DNA of 41,578 bases, from assembly GCA_039922645.1 (NCBI GenBank), contig JBDTEE010000151.1, positions 1-41,578 of the forward strand. The letters run 5' to 3'. The notes under the pieces were generated by a model that did not search any database, was not told where the DNA came from, and saw only the letters and a program-made list of their open reading frames with translations. Position numbers and translations under genes: made by a program. This DNA is from Solirubrobacteraceae bacterium (GTDB lineage Bacteria; Actinomycetota; Thermoleophilia; Solirubrobacterales; Solirubrobacteraceae). Each line of letters opens with the position of its first letter. Within the stretch, counting starts at the first letter, position 1. Positions 10,202 to 19,832 of this stretch are shown here, piece by piece.

Positions 10202-10873
10202 ATGAACCAGCCCAATCCACCCCAGCCACCGGCAAGGCCGCCAGGCCCGGCCTCGCCCTATCCCGTCCAGTACTCGGTCGACTACCCAGACCGGCCGCTG
10301 AACCGTCTGACTACGTTCTTTCGCCTGCTCGTGGTCATCCCGATCGTGATCGTGCTCTCCCTCATGGAGGGCGGCTTCACCTACGGCTACGGCCAAGGGC
10401 GGAACAGCACGCTCGTGGCCGCCGGCGGCCTGCTCGTGCTGCCCCCGCTGCTGATGATCTTGTTTCGCCGGAAGTACCCGCGTTGGTGGTTTGACTGGAA
10501 CCTCGAGCTGATGCGCTTCTCCGCCCGAGTCGGCGTCTTTCTGACGCTGATGGACGACCGGTATCCCTCCACCGACGAACACCAGGCAGTGCATCTCGAC
10601 TTCCCATATCCGGACGCGCGCAACGGCCTCAACCGCTGGCTGCCCCTGGTCAAGTGGCTGCTGGCGATCCCGCATTACGTGGTGCTGTTCTCCCTCTACA
10701 TCGCGTCGCTTTTCGTGGTCATCGCGACCTGGTTCGTGATCCTGGCCACCGGTCGCTTCCCACGCCCGATGTTCGACTTCCTCGTCGGCGTCGGCCGCTG
10801 GACAAACCGGGTGATCGCGTACGCCCACGTGCTGGTCACCGATCGCTACCCGCCATTCCGCCTCGCCCCGTAG
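10202..10873 (+). CDS. DUF4389 domain membrane protein
   Basis: Two repeats: LNRLTTFFRLL..YPRWWFD..DRYP and LNRWLPLVKWLLAIPH..TGRFPR..TDRYPPF. Confidence 0.88.
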   Translation: MNQPNPPQPPARPPGPASPYPVQYSVDYPDRPLNRLTTFFRLLVVIPIVIVLSLMEGGFTYGYGQGRNSTLVAAGGLLVLPPLLMILFRRKYPRWWFDWNLELMRFSARVGVFLTLMDDRYPSTDEHQAVHLDFPYPDARNGLNRWLPLVKWLLAIPHYVVLFSLYIASLFVVIATWFVILATGRFPRPMFDFLVGVGRWTNRVIAYAHVLVTDRYPPFRLAP

Positions 10874-10918
10874 ATCCCGGGGCTCGTCAGCGGACGGGCT
10901 CACGACCGCTGGCGGACC

Positions 10919-11160
10919 CTAGGTTCCCGGGAACCCGCACGCCTGCGCAGCTTGCTTGAACGTAGGCGACTGCACGTCGATCGTGTCCGGGATCGCGACG
11001 AACGCGCCGGGGCGGCCGAACGCCAAGCGAAAGCCGGCGGGGCTCGACGGAGGCGAGCTGGTCGGGTCGGGGAAGCTCGGCACCCCGTGCGACCGCATGC
11101 AGCCGGTAGGCCAGGTAGAAGTGCCCTGCTGCGGCGGGTAGGAGCAGAGGCCTCCGCCAG
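10919..11160 (-). pseudogene. C-terminal remnant of actinobacterial lipoprotein (CMRSHGV..FPDP type)
   Basis: CMRSHGVPSFPDP..IDVQSPTFKQAAQAC; no plausible start or signal peptide. Confidence 0.6.
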
Positions 11161-11183
11161 CCACCACCCTCATCAGCTGGCTG

Positions 11184-11387
11184 TCAGGCGCCCCGGGTGG
11201 GAGGCCGGCCGCGTCGGGGTATGGCGTTTGCCTGCTTGGGCATCCGGCCGGCGTCATCGAGGGCTCGCCTAAGCAGCACCTCGATCTGGGCATTGAGGCT
11301 GCGCAACTCATCAGCGGCCCACCGGGTCAGCGCATCATGGACGGCGGGATCCAGGCGCAGCGGGACCTGCTTGCGCTCGCGGCTCAC
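11184..11387 (-). CDS. Arc/ribbon-helix-helix DNA-binding protein
   Basis: [36 protein letters not shown]; GTGA overlap with SPFH gene. Confidence 0.88.
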   Translation of the reverse strand: MSRERKQVPLRLDPAVHDALTRWAADELRSLNAQIEVLLRRALDDAGRMPKQANAIPRRGRPPTRGA

Positions 11388-12301
11388 GTATACAGCGAGC
11401 CGGTGTTGACGACCGGAGAGGCCGGTTGGTCACCGCACAGGACGACCAGCAGGTTGCTGACCATCGCCGCCTTGCGCTCCTCGTCGAGCTCGACGATCCC
11501 CTCCTCATCCAAGCGTGACAGGGCGAGCTGGACCATCCCGACAGCGCCGTCGACGATCCGCGAGCGGGCCGCAACGACCGCGTTGGCTTGCTGGCGGCGC
11601 AGCATCGCCTGGGCGATCTCCGACGCATAGGCAAGATGGCTGATGCGCACCTCGACGATCTCCACCCCCGCGATCGCCACCCGCTGGGCGACCTCCTCGG
11701 CGAGTTCCCCGGCAACGACGTCCGTCGAGCCGCGCAGCGAAATGCCCTCGGCGGCGGGATTGTCGTAGGGATGGGTGGTCGCGACGTGGCGCAACGCCGA
11801 CTCGGCCTGAACCTCAATGAAGTTGATGTAGTCATCCACGGCGTACACCGCCCGCGAGGTATCGGCCACCTGCCATACGACGATGCAGGCGATCTCTACC
11901 GGATTGCCATCGGCGTCGTTGACCTTCAGATGGTTGGTCTCGAAGTTGCGGACCCTGATGCTCAGGCTCCTCCGGTCCGCCAGCGGCACGATCCACCACA
12001 GGCCGGTACGCCGCAGGGTCCCGACATAGCTCCCGAAGAACCGCACGACCTTCGTGTGGCCGGGCTGGACGATCACCAACGAGGTCAGGATCACCACGCC
12101 GACCACGCCCGGCACGACAGCGGTCGCTGGCGCCGAGGTTCCGCCGAGCACGACCGCAGCCGCGACGCACACCGCGACGATGAGCACGCCGATCCAGCCG
12201 TTGATCGCCCAGGCCGGGCGCTCACGAATCTCGACACGGGCCCCGGAATGCCCGACCGGGGTGGCCTCGGGTTGGCGGTACGGCTGGACGTCCTGGCTCA
12301 T
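11384..12301 (-). CDS. SPFH (band 7) domain membrane protein
   Basis: Two TM helices, [48 protein letters not shown]. Confidence 0.93.
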   Translation of the reverse strand: MSQDVQPYRQPEATPVGHSGARVEIRERPAWAINGWIGVLIVAVCVAAAVVLGGTSAPATAVVPGVVGVVILTSLVIVQPGHTKVVRFFGSYVGTLRRTGLWWIVPLADRRSLSIRVRNFETNHLKVNDADGNPVEIACIVVWQVADTSRAVYAVDDYINFIEVQAESALRHVATTHPYDNPAAEGISLRGSTDVVAGELAEEVAQRVAIAGVEIVEVRISHLAYASEIAQAMLRRQQANAVVAARSRIVDGAVGMVQLALSRLDEEGIVELDEERKAAMVSNLLVVLCGDQPASPVVNTGSLYT

Positions 12302-12331
12302 GATGTCTCCACGTGAACTATCTCATAAAAA

Positions 12332-12350
12332 TGATGTCAATAAGATATCA
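12332..12350. promoter_or_regulatory. Imperfect palindrome, probable RHH operator of the SPFH operon
   Basis: TGATGTC-AATAA-GATATCA in an AT-rich patch 30 nt upstream of the SPFH start. Confidence 0.6.
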
Positions 12351-12590
12351 CTTTCCGCTCGGTTGTGCACGTCACTCCCGCTCTGGCTCTTGCGCCACCG
12401 GGCCCTCGGGTGTCGCCGCCCTTACGTGATGAAGCACGAAATCAGCGTCGGCGGCACGGTGCGCGAGTACTACTTTGCCGGCCTCCTCGATAGAGACGAC
12501 CAGGCCAAGTGGAACACGGAAATCGGATGGCCAATCTTCCGCTCCGATCCCCAAGCATGTCTCGGTAGCCCGAAGCCGTCGGTCCCCGCC

Positions 12591-13235
12591 TTAGCCGTAG
12601 CTGCGCGTGACGCGTACTTCCTCGCGAGCGTCGTTGAGCGTAACCAGCCAGCACTTCCCGGGGCGAAACCCTCGTCTCGGGCTGCTGACCGTGATCGAGC
12701 AGACACTAAGGTGCTGGTCGAGCCGCAGGACAGGGATCGTCCGGCGACACTCGCCGCGAGTGTCCTGCGCCATCCGTTCAGCGGTTTGCTCGATTTGCCA
12801 CTGAAGGACGTCTCGCTGTCGAACGAGAGCCTCACGCTCGGCGGCCAATCTGTCGCGCTGCGCGGCCAATCTGTCCCGCTGTTCACGGGCGGCGGCTTCT
12901 TGTCGTTCAAGTTCCTTGAGGCGACCGGCAAGCGCTGAGCGCCATGCCTCGGCATCGGCCCGCAGGGTCAAGGCAAACGACAACAGCGTCGCCAATTCGG
13001 CGCGCAACATGATCTGATCCTCACTGCGAGATTGCGCGCGAGCCACGTGGTCGCCCAGAGCGGCGAGTTGCCGGTTGAGGTCTCGATATCCCGGCACCCC
13101 CGCTCCGAGACAGTCGTGCTCAGACGCCAACGGATGCTCGTTCAACATCCGGTTGGACGCAGCCGCCTCGCGATCTATCGCCGTCCGTAACCGGTCGATT
13201 TCAGAGACGACGTCGGTTCGAGGCTCATCCGGCAA
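12591..13235 (-). CDS. Hypothetical coiled-coil protein (possibly interrupted)
   Basis: Heptad-rich LKELERQEAAAREQRDRLAAQRDRLAAERE; AAGGAG upstream; frame stays open after the TAA to 12372. Confidence 0.5.
   Translation of the reverse strand: MPDEPRTDVVSEIDRLRTAIDREAAASNRMLNEHPLASEHDCLGAGVPGYRDLNRQLAALGDHVARAQSRSEDQIMLRAELATLLSFALTLRADAEAWRSALAGRLKELERQEAAAREQRDRLAAQRDRLAAEREALVRQRDVLQWQIEQTAERMAQDTRGECRRTIPVLRLDQHLSVCSITVSSPRRGFRPGKCWLVTLNDAREEVRVTRSYG
12841..12882. repeat. 21-bp tandem duplication encoding QRDRLAA x2
   Basis: gcggccaatctgtcgcgctgc / gcggccaatctgtcccgctgt. Confidence 0.8.
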
Positions 13236-13581
13236 AGGCAGGCTCCTTCGCTCACCCGGGAAGCTAGAAGAAGAACAGGCAGTTCCATAGTTTTGCTCAC
13301 AGTGACGCGCTTGTCAGCATCCGATTCACCTGGGCACTCTTTGCCGCTGCAGCGCTGGCCGTGGCCCTGGCCATCCGGTACGTCATACGACGCGGTCCAC
13401 ACCCTCGGCTGATCGCCGTCGCGATCCTCTCAGGAGCGGTCATCGTCAATGCCGTCGTGCTGTTCTCGCTGCCCGCGGTGAGCCCCCCGTGAGGCTTCGG
13501 GATCCAGGCGAGGATCCCCGCCCCTCCGGTCGCACGCGTGCGGACGGCGCCGCGGCGAGCCCAACTGAGCGCCGGCCCGAC

Positions 13582-14334
13582 CTAGCGCCAGTGCTCGAGC
13601 AGGTCCGCCTCGGGAACCTCGCGAACCACCCGGGCGGGCACACCCATCACCACCGTGCGGGGCTCGACATCGCGGGTGACCACCGCACCGGCGGCAACGT
13701 AGGCCTCCTCGCCGATGACCACGCCTGGGGTGAGAACCGCGCCGGCCCCCACTCGGCAGGCACGGCGGAACACCGGGCCGGCCAGGCCTGACCCGCGGGG
13801 ATGGCGGCCCATCGTGTCGTCGTTGCTCGTATAGACGCCGGGCCCGAGGAAAACGTCGTCCTCGATGACCGCGCCGCCGGTCACGTAGACCCCGGTCTGG
13901 ATCAGAACCCGGTCGCCGATCACACAGTCGAAGTCAACTGTCGACGCGCGTCCGATCACCGAACCCACCCCGACCATCGAGCGCTCGCGCACTGAGGCCT
14001 GATCACCGATGATCGCCCGGGAGCCGATCCGCGCCGCCGCATACAGGACCGCCCCACAGCACACGGTGACCCCATCGCCGAGCACGAGAGCGTCGGGAAC
14101 GCCGGCCACAGCGGCACTCGAGCCCGGGCGCAGCCGGGGGGACTTGCCCAGCAGCGCCCCCTCCTCGATCACGCAGCCCGCGCCGATCGAGACCCCGGGG
14201 CGGATCACCGCTCCGGCGCCGACCGTCGTTCCGGCTCCCAGCGAGGCCCCGGCCCCGATCACCGCACCGGGGGCGACCTCCACATCGGCGGCCAGCTCAG
14301 CCCCGGGATCGACAAAGGCACCGTCAGCGACCAC
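13582..14334 (-). CDS. Hexapeptide-repeat N-acetyltransferase (WbpD/WlbB-like)
   Basis: Left-handed beta-helix repeats, IEDDVFLGPGVYTSND, VAAGAVVTRDV..VMGVPARV. Confidence 0.88.
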   Translation of the reverse strand: MVADGAFVDPGAELAADVEVAPGAVIGAGASLGAGTTVGAGAVIRPGVSIGAGCVIEEGALLGKSPRLRPGSSAAVAGVPDALVLGDGVTVCCGAVLYAAARIGSRAIIGDQASVRERSMVGVGSVIGRASTVDFDCVIGDRVLIQTGVYVTGGAVIEDDVFLGPGVYTSNDDTMGRHPRGSGLAGPVFRRACRVGAGAVLTPGVVIGEEAYVAAGAVVTRDVEPRTVVMGVPARVVREVPEADLLEHWR

Positions 14335-15340
14335 GGACCGCCGCCTGGCGCCGCGAAGCCTCCAGCGAGTTCTGCAGGGCCTCAAGCACACGCACCACGC
14401 GCAGCCCACTAGCCCCATCGGAACGGGGCTTGGTGCCGTCGCGCGCGCAGCGGACGAAATGCTCGCATTCCACCCGAAGCGGCTCCACGTTGGCGATCCG
14501 GGGGGAGAAGATGTCCCCGCTGCGGGTTATGTACTCGCCGTAGGTGCGCGCGTCCTCATCAAAGCCCTTGTCGTAAATGGTCAGCTTGCGCTCCAGGTCC
14601 ATGTCGTCGAAGGTCGCCATCCGCCGCGAGCCGACGACCGTGAAGCGCCGCTCCTTGTGGGGGTCAAGCCACGACAGATGAAGGTGAGCGGACAGCCCCG
14701 AGGGAAAGCGCAGGAAGCAGAAGACGACATCCTCGACCTCGGGCCGGACGTAGGCCTCGCCATGGGCCACGACCTCGGTGGGTTCCTCGCCGGCCAGGTA
14801 CAGCACCACCGAGACGTCGTGCGCGCCGAGGCTCCAGAGCGCGTTCTCGTCCGCCCTGAGCTTGCCCAGGTTCAGGCGGTTGCCGTAGATGTAATAGATC
14901 TCGCCGAGTTCGCCGGACTCGGTCAGATCCTTCAGCTTCTGCACACCCGGGTGGTACTCGAGCAGATGCCCGACCATGAGGATCCGCCCGGCTTCCTCCG
15001 CCGCCGCCACGGCCTGCTCGGCCTCGGCCACGGACTGGGCCAGCGGCTTCTCGACGAAGCAGTGCTTGCCCGCGCGCAGAACGGCGACGGCAAGCTCCGC
15101 GTGGGTGGGGACGGGTGTGGCCAGCACGACCGCGTCGAGCTCTGGATCGGCCAGCAGGTCACCGAGCTCCGCGGTCACCCGAGCCGTGGGATGCACCACC
15201 GCGGCGCGGGCCCGAGCCTCAGGCGAGGCATCGCAGCACCAGGTGATCTCGCAGCCGTCAATGGCAGCGAAGTTCCGGGCCAGATTCGGACCCCAGTAGC
15301 CGAGGCCGGCAACGCCGACCCGGAACGGTTCATCGCTCAT
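14324..15340 (-). CDS. Gfo/Idh/MocA oxidoreductase (WbpB/WlbA-like)
   Basis: GLGYWG, GKHCFVEKP, LMVGH, WSLGAHD, HLSWLDP. Confidence 0.9.
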   Translation of the reverse strand: MSDEPFRVGVAGLGYWGPNLARNFAAIDGCEITWCCDASPEARARAAVVHPTARVTAELGDLLADPELDAVVLATPVPTHAELAVAVLRAGKHCFVEKPLAQSVAEAEQAVAAAEEAGRILMVGHLLEYHPGVQKLKDLTESGELGEIYYIYGNRLNLGKLRADENALWSLGAHDVSVVLYLAGEEPTEVVAHGEAYVRPEVEDVVFCFLRFPSGLSAHLHLSWLDPHKERRFTVVGSRRMATFDDMDLERKLTIYDKGFDEDARTYGEYITRSGDIFSPRIANVEPLRVECEHFVRCARDGTKPRSDGASGLRVVRVLEALQNSLEASRRQAAVRGR

Positions 15341-16407
15341 GGCTGCAGGAGTCTAAGCGCCGCTACGACGCGCTGAGCAGCTCGTCCGTCTCCGTACAGA
15401 GCCGGGCGCAGGACGGGAACCTCGCGCTCCAGCGCGGCGCGAGCGGCAGCGGCATCCAGATCCACAAGCACGTTCCACCCCTGCTCAACCGTCTCGGTCC
15501 ACTCGGTGCTGGGGCGCATGGTCACGCAGGGGACCCCGGCCAGGTAGGCCTCCTTCTGCAGGCCACCGGAGTCGGTCAGCACCGCGCGAGCGTGACACAG
15601 CAGAGTGGTCGTCTCGAAGTAGCCCAGTGGCGACTCGACGTGGACTCCGGGGGCGTCGCGTAGCGGCTGGAGCATTCCCGCAGCCTCCAGGCGAGCCTCG
15701 GTGCGGGGGTGCAGCGGGAGCAGCACCGGGAGCGGCATTGTCGTCAAGACCTCAAGCAGCTCGTGGAGGCGGGCGGGATCATCCACGTTCCCGGCGCGAT
15801 GGGCGGTCGCCAGCAGATATTCCCCCGGCTCGAGACCCCGCGCACGGACCAGATCCGCCCGCTCCCGCGCCCGGGGCTGCGCGACCAGCGCCACATCGAC
15901 CATCACATCACCGACCATCTCGCTGCGGCCGGCCGCCGCTTCGTGGCGCAGATTGGCCATCGCCACATCGGTCGAGCAGAGCAGGAGGGCGCTGGCGTGG
16001 TCGACCAGGACACGGTTGAGCTCCTCGGGCATCGTGCGGTCAAAGGAGCGCATCCCCGCTTCGACGTGAGCCACGGGCACCCCGGCCTGGGCTGCGGCCA
16101 GCGCGCCGGCGAGGGTCGAGCTGGTGTCGCCGTAGACGAGGACCACGTCGGGCGCCGTCCGGGCCAGTACGGGCTCGAGCGCGGTCAGCATGCGGGCGGT
16201 CTGAGACGTGGTCGAGCCCAGCGCCACACCGAGCTGCTCATCGGGAGCCGGCAGTCCCAGCTCGGCGAAGAAGACGGCTGAGAGCTGATCGTCGAAATGC
16301 TGCCCGGTGTGAACGAGCAGCTCGTCGTGCTCGGCGCGCAGCACCGGGGAGACCGCCGCCGCCTTGATGAACTGAGGCCGGTTGCCGATCACCGTCAGGA
16401 CCTTCAC
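15337..16407 (-). CDS. wecB: Non-hydrolysing UDP-GlcNAc 2-epimerase family (WecB/WbpI-like)
   Basis: GNRPQFIK, HTGQH, VYGDT, HVEAGMRS, MPEE.NR, TDSGGLQKEA, LYGDG. Confidence 0.92.
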   Translation of the reverse strand: MKVLTVIGNRPQFIKAAAVSPVLRAEHDELLVHTGQHFDDQLSAVFFAELGLPAPDEQLGVALGSTTSQTARMLTALEPVLARTAPDVVLVYGDTSSTLAGALAAAQAGVPVAHVEAGMRSFDRTMPEELNRVLVDHASALLLCSTDVAMANLRHEAAAGRSEMVGDVMVDVALVAQPRARERADLVRARGLEPGEYLLATAHRAGNVDDPARLHELLEVLTTMPLPVLLPLHPRTEARLEAAGMLQPLRDAPGVHVESPLGYFETTTLLCHARAVLTDSGGLQKEAYLAGVPCVTMRPSTEWTETVEQGWNVLVDLDAAAARAALEREVPVLRPALYGDGRAAQRVVAALRLLQP

Positions 16408-16424
16408 GAGGCTGATCGGCTCCG

Positions 16425-17225
16425 CTAGCGGGCGAGCTCGGCGCGAATGCGCGCCTCGACCTCGACGGCGGCTCGCGCGGTTACCGCATTGTCGGGGGCA
16501 TAGGTGATCTCGTCCACCGCGACCACCGGCTGCACTTCCCGCGTCGTGGAGGCGATGAAGACCGCGTCGGCCGCTCGCAGGCGCTCGATCGGACAGGTCT
16601 GCTCCTCGGCACCGGCAACCTCAACGACCAGGGCGCGGGTGATGGAGGCCAGGATGTGCTCATCCAGCGGTGGGGTCAGCAGCTGCTCGCCTTCGATCCA
16701 GAACACGGAGCTGGTCGGCGCCTCGAGCACCCGGCCGTGGGGGGTGACGAGCAGAGCCTCGTCAAAGCCCTCTTCGCGGGCCAGCCGCCCAGCCAGCATG
16801 TTGGCCGCGTAGGAGAGCGACTTGACCCCGTCCAGGAGCCGGGTCGGCGCGTAGGTGACCGTCTTCAGGCGCATGTGGTCAGGAGTGCGGGGTAGCGGCT
16901 CGGTCATCAGCAGGCGCCGGCCACCGCGCGTGATGATTATCCGCAGCAGATCGTGGTCGGGGCCGGAGCCGGTCTGAGCGATCAGCCGATAGGCGTCAGC
17001 GCGCACCGCCTCGAGGTCGATGGGCAGGCGCAGGTTGCGCCCCGAGCGCTCCAGACGGGCCATGTGCTGCTCGAAGGCGTATAGCTGGCCGTCATAGACG
17101 CGCACGACCTCGAAGGCGCCGTCGCCACGGATGAGTCCTTCGTCGGTGGCGGGGATGAGTGCCTCGCCGGCCGGCGTGATCTCGCCGTCGAGCGAGGCGA
17201 GCGAGGTGGGACCCGGAGCGGTCAT
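16425..17225 (-). CDS. PLP-dependent aminotransferase class IV
   Basis: DEGLIRGDGAFE, HMARL, KSLSY, GFDEAL, EAPTSS, ILASITR; ATGA overlap with pepT. Confidence 0.9.
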   Translation of the reverse strand: MTAPGPTSLASLDGEITPAGEALIPATDEGLIRGDGAFEVVRVYDGQLYAFEQHMARLERSGRNLRLPIDLEAVRADAYRLIAQTGSGPDHDLLRIIITRGGRRLLMTEPLPRTPDHMRLKTVTYAPTRLLDGVKSLSYAANMLAGRLAREEGFDEALLVTPHGRVLEAPTSSVFWIEGEQLLTPPLDEHILASITRALVVEVAGAEEQTCPIERLRAADAVFIASTTREVQPVVAVDEITYAPDNAVTARAAVEVEARIRAELAR

Positions 17226-18502
17226 GCTGCCGGCACCTGCGTTCCAACGCGCGTCCAGACCTCGGCCAGCCGGACCACCATCGCCGCCGCCGAGGCCATG
17301 TCCTGCAGCGATGCCCATTCCCGTGGCGAGTGGTACTCGTGGCCACCGGTGAACAGGTTTGGTGTCGGCAGTCCCATCTCGCTGAGACGCGAGCCATCCG
17401 TCCCGCCCCGGATCGCCGTCCGGCGTGGCTCAAGTCCCTCGGCCCGGATGGCCTGCACCGCGGCGGCCAGGACGTGCGGCACCTCATCGATATAGGCGCG
17501 CATGTTGCGGTACTGGACGTGCTCGTCGACTTCGGCCTCCGCACCCGGCTCGGCGGCCACGACGTCGGCGACTGTCCGGCGGAAGAGCTCAACGTGCTCG
17601 TCGAGCTTCTCGTCGTCGAAGTCCCGCACGATGGCGCGCAGCTGCGCCTCCCCGGCGCTACCCCGAATCAGGTAGGGATGGATGAACCCGTCCCGCCCGG
17701 AGGTGGTCTCGGGTGCCAGCTCGTCGGCCGGGAGAGCAGCAAGAACCCGGCCGGCCAACCGCAGGGCGTTGACCAGCTTGCCGGTGGCCTGACCTGGATG
17801 GACCTCGACGCCGCGAATGGTGGCCGTCACCTCGATGGCCGAGAAGGTCTCGTCCTGGACCTCGCCAACCTCCGAGCCGTCGAGCGTGTACGCGCACGAG
17901 GCACCGAAGGTGGGGATGTCGAACAGCGTCGCACCCTCGCCGATCTCCTCATCCGGGGTGAAGCAGATGCGCAGCGTGGGCCGGGGGCTGCCCGGATGGG
18001 CAGCGAGGTAGGCCGCGGCGGTGACGATCTCGGCCACCCCCGCCTTGTCATCGGCCCCGAGCAGAGTGTCGCCGCTGGAGGTGACGATGTCGTGGCCGAG
18101 CTTGGCCGAGAGCTCGGGCATGGCCGCCGGGTCGAGTCGCGTCGCTCCTCTCGGCAGCTCAATCACGCCGCCGTCGTAGTCGCGGTGCACGATCGGCTCC
18201 ACACCGGCCCCCGGAGCGTCGGGGGACGTGTCCATGTGGGCGATCAACCCAACCACATGCTCAACCCCGGGAGATCCCGGCACGGTGGCCGTGACGTATC
18301 CGTTCTCGTCCAGGGCCGCATCCTCGCAGCCGGCCTGATCCAGTTCGGTGACGAGGACCCGGGCCAGCTCCAGCTGGCCGGGGGTGCTCGGCGAGTCCGT
18401 CCGGTCGCGGCGGGACTGGGTGTCTACCCGGACATAGCGCTCGAAGCGTTCGAGCAGACCTGGCGCCAACTCGCGGGCCAGCTCAGAGCTGTAATCGGTC
18501 AT
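17222..18502 (-). CDS. pepT: Peptidase T
   Basis: PSTPGQ, IAHMDT, LGADDKAG, FTPDEEIG, AYTLDG, IRGGTDG, PNLFTGG. Confidence 0.96.
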   Translation of the reverse strand: MTDYSSELARELAPGLLERFERYVRVDTQSRRDRTDSPSTPGQLELARVLVTELDQAGCEDAALDENGYVTATVPGSPGVEHVVGLIAHMDTSPDAPGAGVEPIVHRDYDGGVIELPRGATRLDPAAMPELSAKLGHDIVTSSGDTLLGADDKAGVAEIVTAAAYLAAHPGSPRPTLRICFTPDEEIGEGATLFDIPTFGASCAYTLDGSEVGEVQDETFSAIEVTATIRGVEVHPGQATGKLVNALRLAGRVLAALPADELAPETTSGRDGFIHPYLIRGSAGEAQLRAIVRDFDDEKLDEHVELFRRTVADVVAAEPGAEAEVDEHVQYRNMRAYIDEVPHVLAAAVQAIRAEGLEPRRTAIRGGTDGSRLSEMGLPTPNLFTGGHEYHSPREWASLQDMASAAAMVVRLAEVWTRVGTQVPAA

Positions 18503-18664
18503 CGCTCCAGTATTCCAATCCGTCGTCCTCCGGGTCGTTGGGGGTCCGTCGCGTTGAGCGGCGATCAGGCGGGTAGAGAACCTGCTGCGGCCCGAACGGG
18601 AGCACGCCCGGGGTAGAGGTGAGTGGCCGTGTTCACACCGTCATAGCCAAGCAGGAGATCCAAT

Positions 18665-19747
18665 TTGACCACCGTCACTTCGCGACGTCCGAGGTTGCGC
18701 CGCTCGGACTGTTCCCGGCCCGGCCTCACCCGGGTCAAGCGCGGCCGCGGCTTTTCCTACCTCGACGCCGACGGCCGCCCGCTGAAGGATCCCGAGGAGA
18801 TTCTGCGGCTCAAGGGCCTGGCCATCCCGCCGGCTTGGCAGGAGGTCTGGATCTGCCCGGATCCGGGCGGCCATCTCCAGGCCACCGGCGTCGACGCCGC
18901 CGGGCGCAAGCAATACCTCTACCACCCGCGCTGGCGCGAGCTGCAGGACCGGCGGAAGTTCGATCACATGATCGATTTCGCGCACGCACTACCTCGGCTG
19001 CGCAAGCGCGTCCTGAAGGAGCTGGCCGGCGAGAGCCTGAACGAGCAGCGCGTGCTGGCCTGCGCCATCCGGCTGCTCGACGTCGGCATGTTCCGGATCG
19101 GCAGTGAGCAGTACGCCGACGAGGAGGGCGGGGTTGGCCTGGCTACGGTGGAGAAGGCCCACGTCCACCTCAGCGCTGATGAGGTTGTGTTCGACTACCT
19201 GGCCAAGAGTGGAGTGCATCGAGTCCAAGCGGTGCGGGACCCCATGAGCTACGAGGTGGCCGCGGCGCTCAAGCGCCGGCGCGGCGGCGCCCCCCAGCTC
19301 CTGGCCTACCGTGAGGGCCGCCGCTGGCATGGCGTCCGCTCCGAGCAGATCAACGACTTTCTCAAGGCGCGCATGGGCGAGGACTTCAGCGCCAAGGACT
19401 TCCGCACCTGGAATGCCACCGTGCTGGCCGCGGTGGCGCTGGCCGTCGACGGCCGCCAGGCCACGAGCGCCACGGTGCGCAAGCGGGCCATCAACGGCGC
19501 GATCCGGGGCGTGGCCGATGTCCTGGGTAACACGCCGGCCGTAGCGCGGCGCTCCTACATCGATCCTCGGGTTTTTGACCGCTACCTGTCGGGCTGGACG
19601 ATCGGCGGAGAGGTGGACCGCATCGGCGAGCTGCGGGGTCCGGACGACCGTCGGCGCAGCCGGCTGGAGAAGGCGGTCCTCGACCTCCTGGACGACGATC
19701 GCCGCTCCCCGGCGGTCGAGCAGTTTGCCGCTCACCAGGCGGCCTGA
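18665..19747 (+). CDS. Bacterial DNA topoisomerase IB
   Basis: LAIPPAW..VWIC, ATGVDAAGRKQYLYH, FRIGS, AKSG, SAKDFRTW, LGNTPAVARRSYIDP (catalytic Tyr). Confidence 0.95.
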   Translation: MTTVTSRRPRLRRSDCSRPGLTRVKRGRGFSYLDADGRPLKDPEEILRLKGLAIPPAWQEVWICPDPGGHLQATGVDAAGRKQYLYHPRWRELQDRRKFDHMIDFAHALPRLRKRVLKELAGESLNEQRVLACAIRLLDVGMFRIGSEQYADEEGGVGLATVEKAHVHLSADEVVFDYLAKSGVHRVQAVRDPMSYEVAAALKRRRGGAPQLLAYREGRRWHGVRSEQINDFLKARMGEDFSAKDFRTWNATVLAAVALAVDGRQATSATVRKRAINGAIRGVADVLGNTPAVARRSYIDPRVFDRYLSGWTIGGEVDRIGELRGPDDRRRSRLEKAVLDLLDDDRRSPAVEQFAAHQAA

Positions 19748-19832
19748 AACCCGGACAAAAGCTCCTCACGGCGGCCGGACGTCGACCGGCCTGTGATAGA
19801 AACCCCGGGGTCTGCGATTCAGGAGGTCGGCT

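Noticed and set aside
11184-11387. Antitoxin of a toxin-antitoxin pair
   Set aside because: No toxin adjacent; coupled to an SPFH gene
14009-18616. Long antisense ORFs (e.g. 14009-15376, 17330-18616; also 28655-29962, 33288-34466)
   Set aside because: Shadow ORFs expected from high-GC codon bias opposite well-supported genes; no family motifs
18665-19747. Tyrosine integrase marking a prophage or island
   Set aside because: Motifs (AIPPAW, GRKQY.YH, KDFRTW, LGNT..SY) are those of TopIB; no att site, tRNA or phage genes
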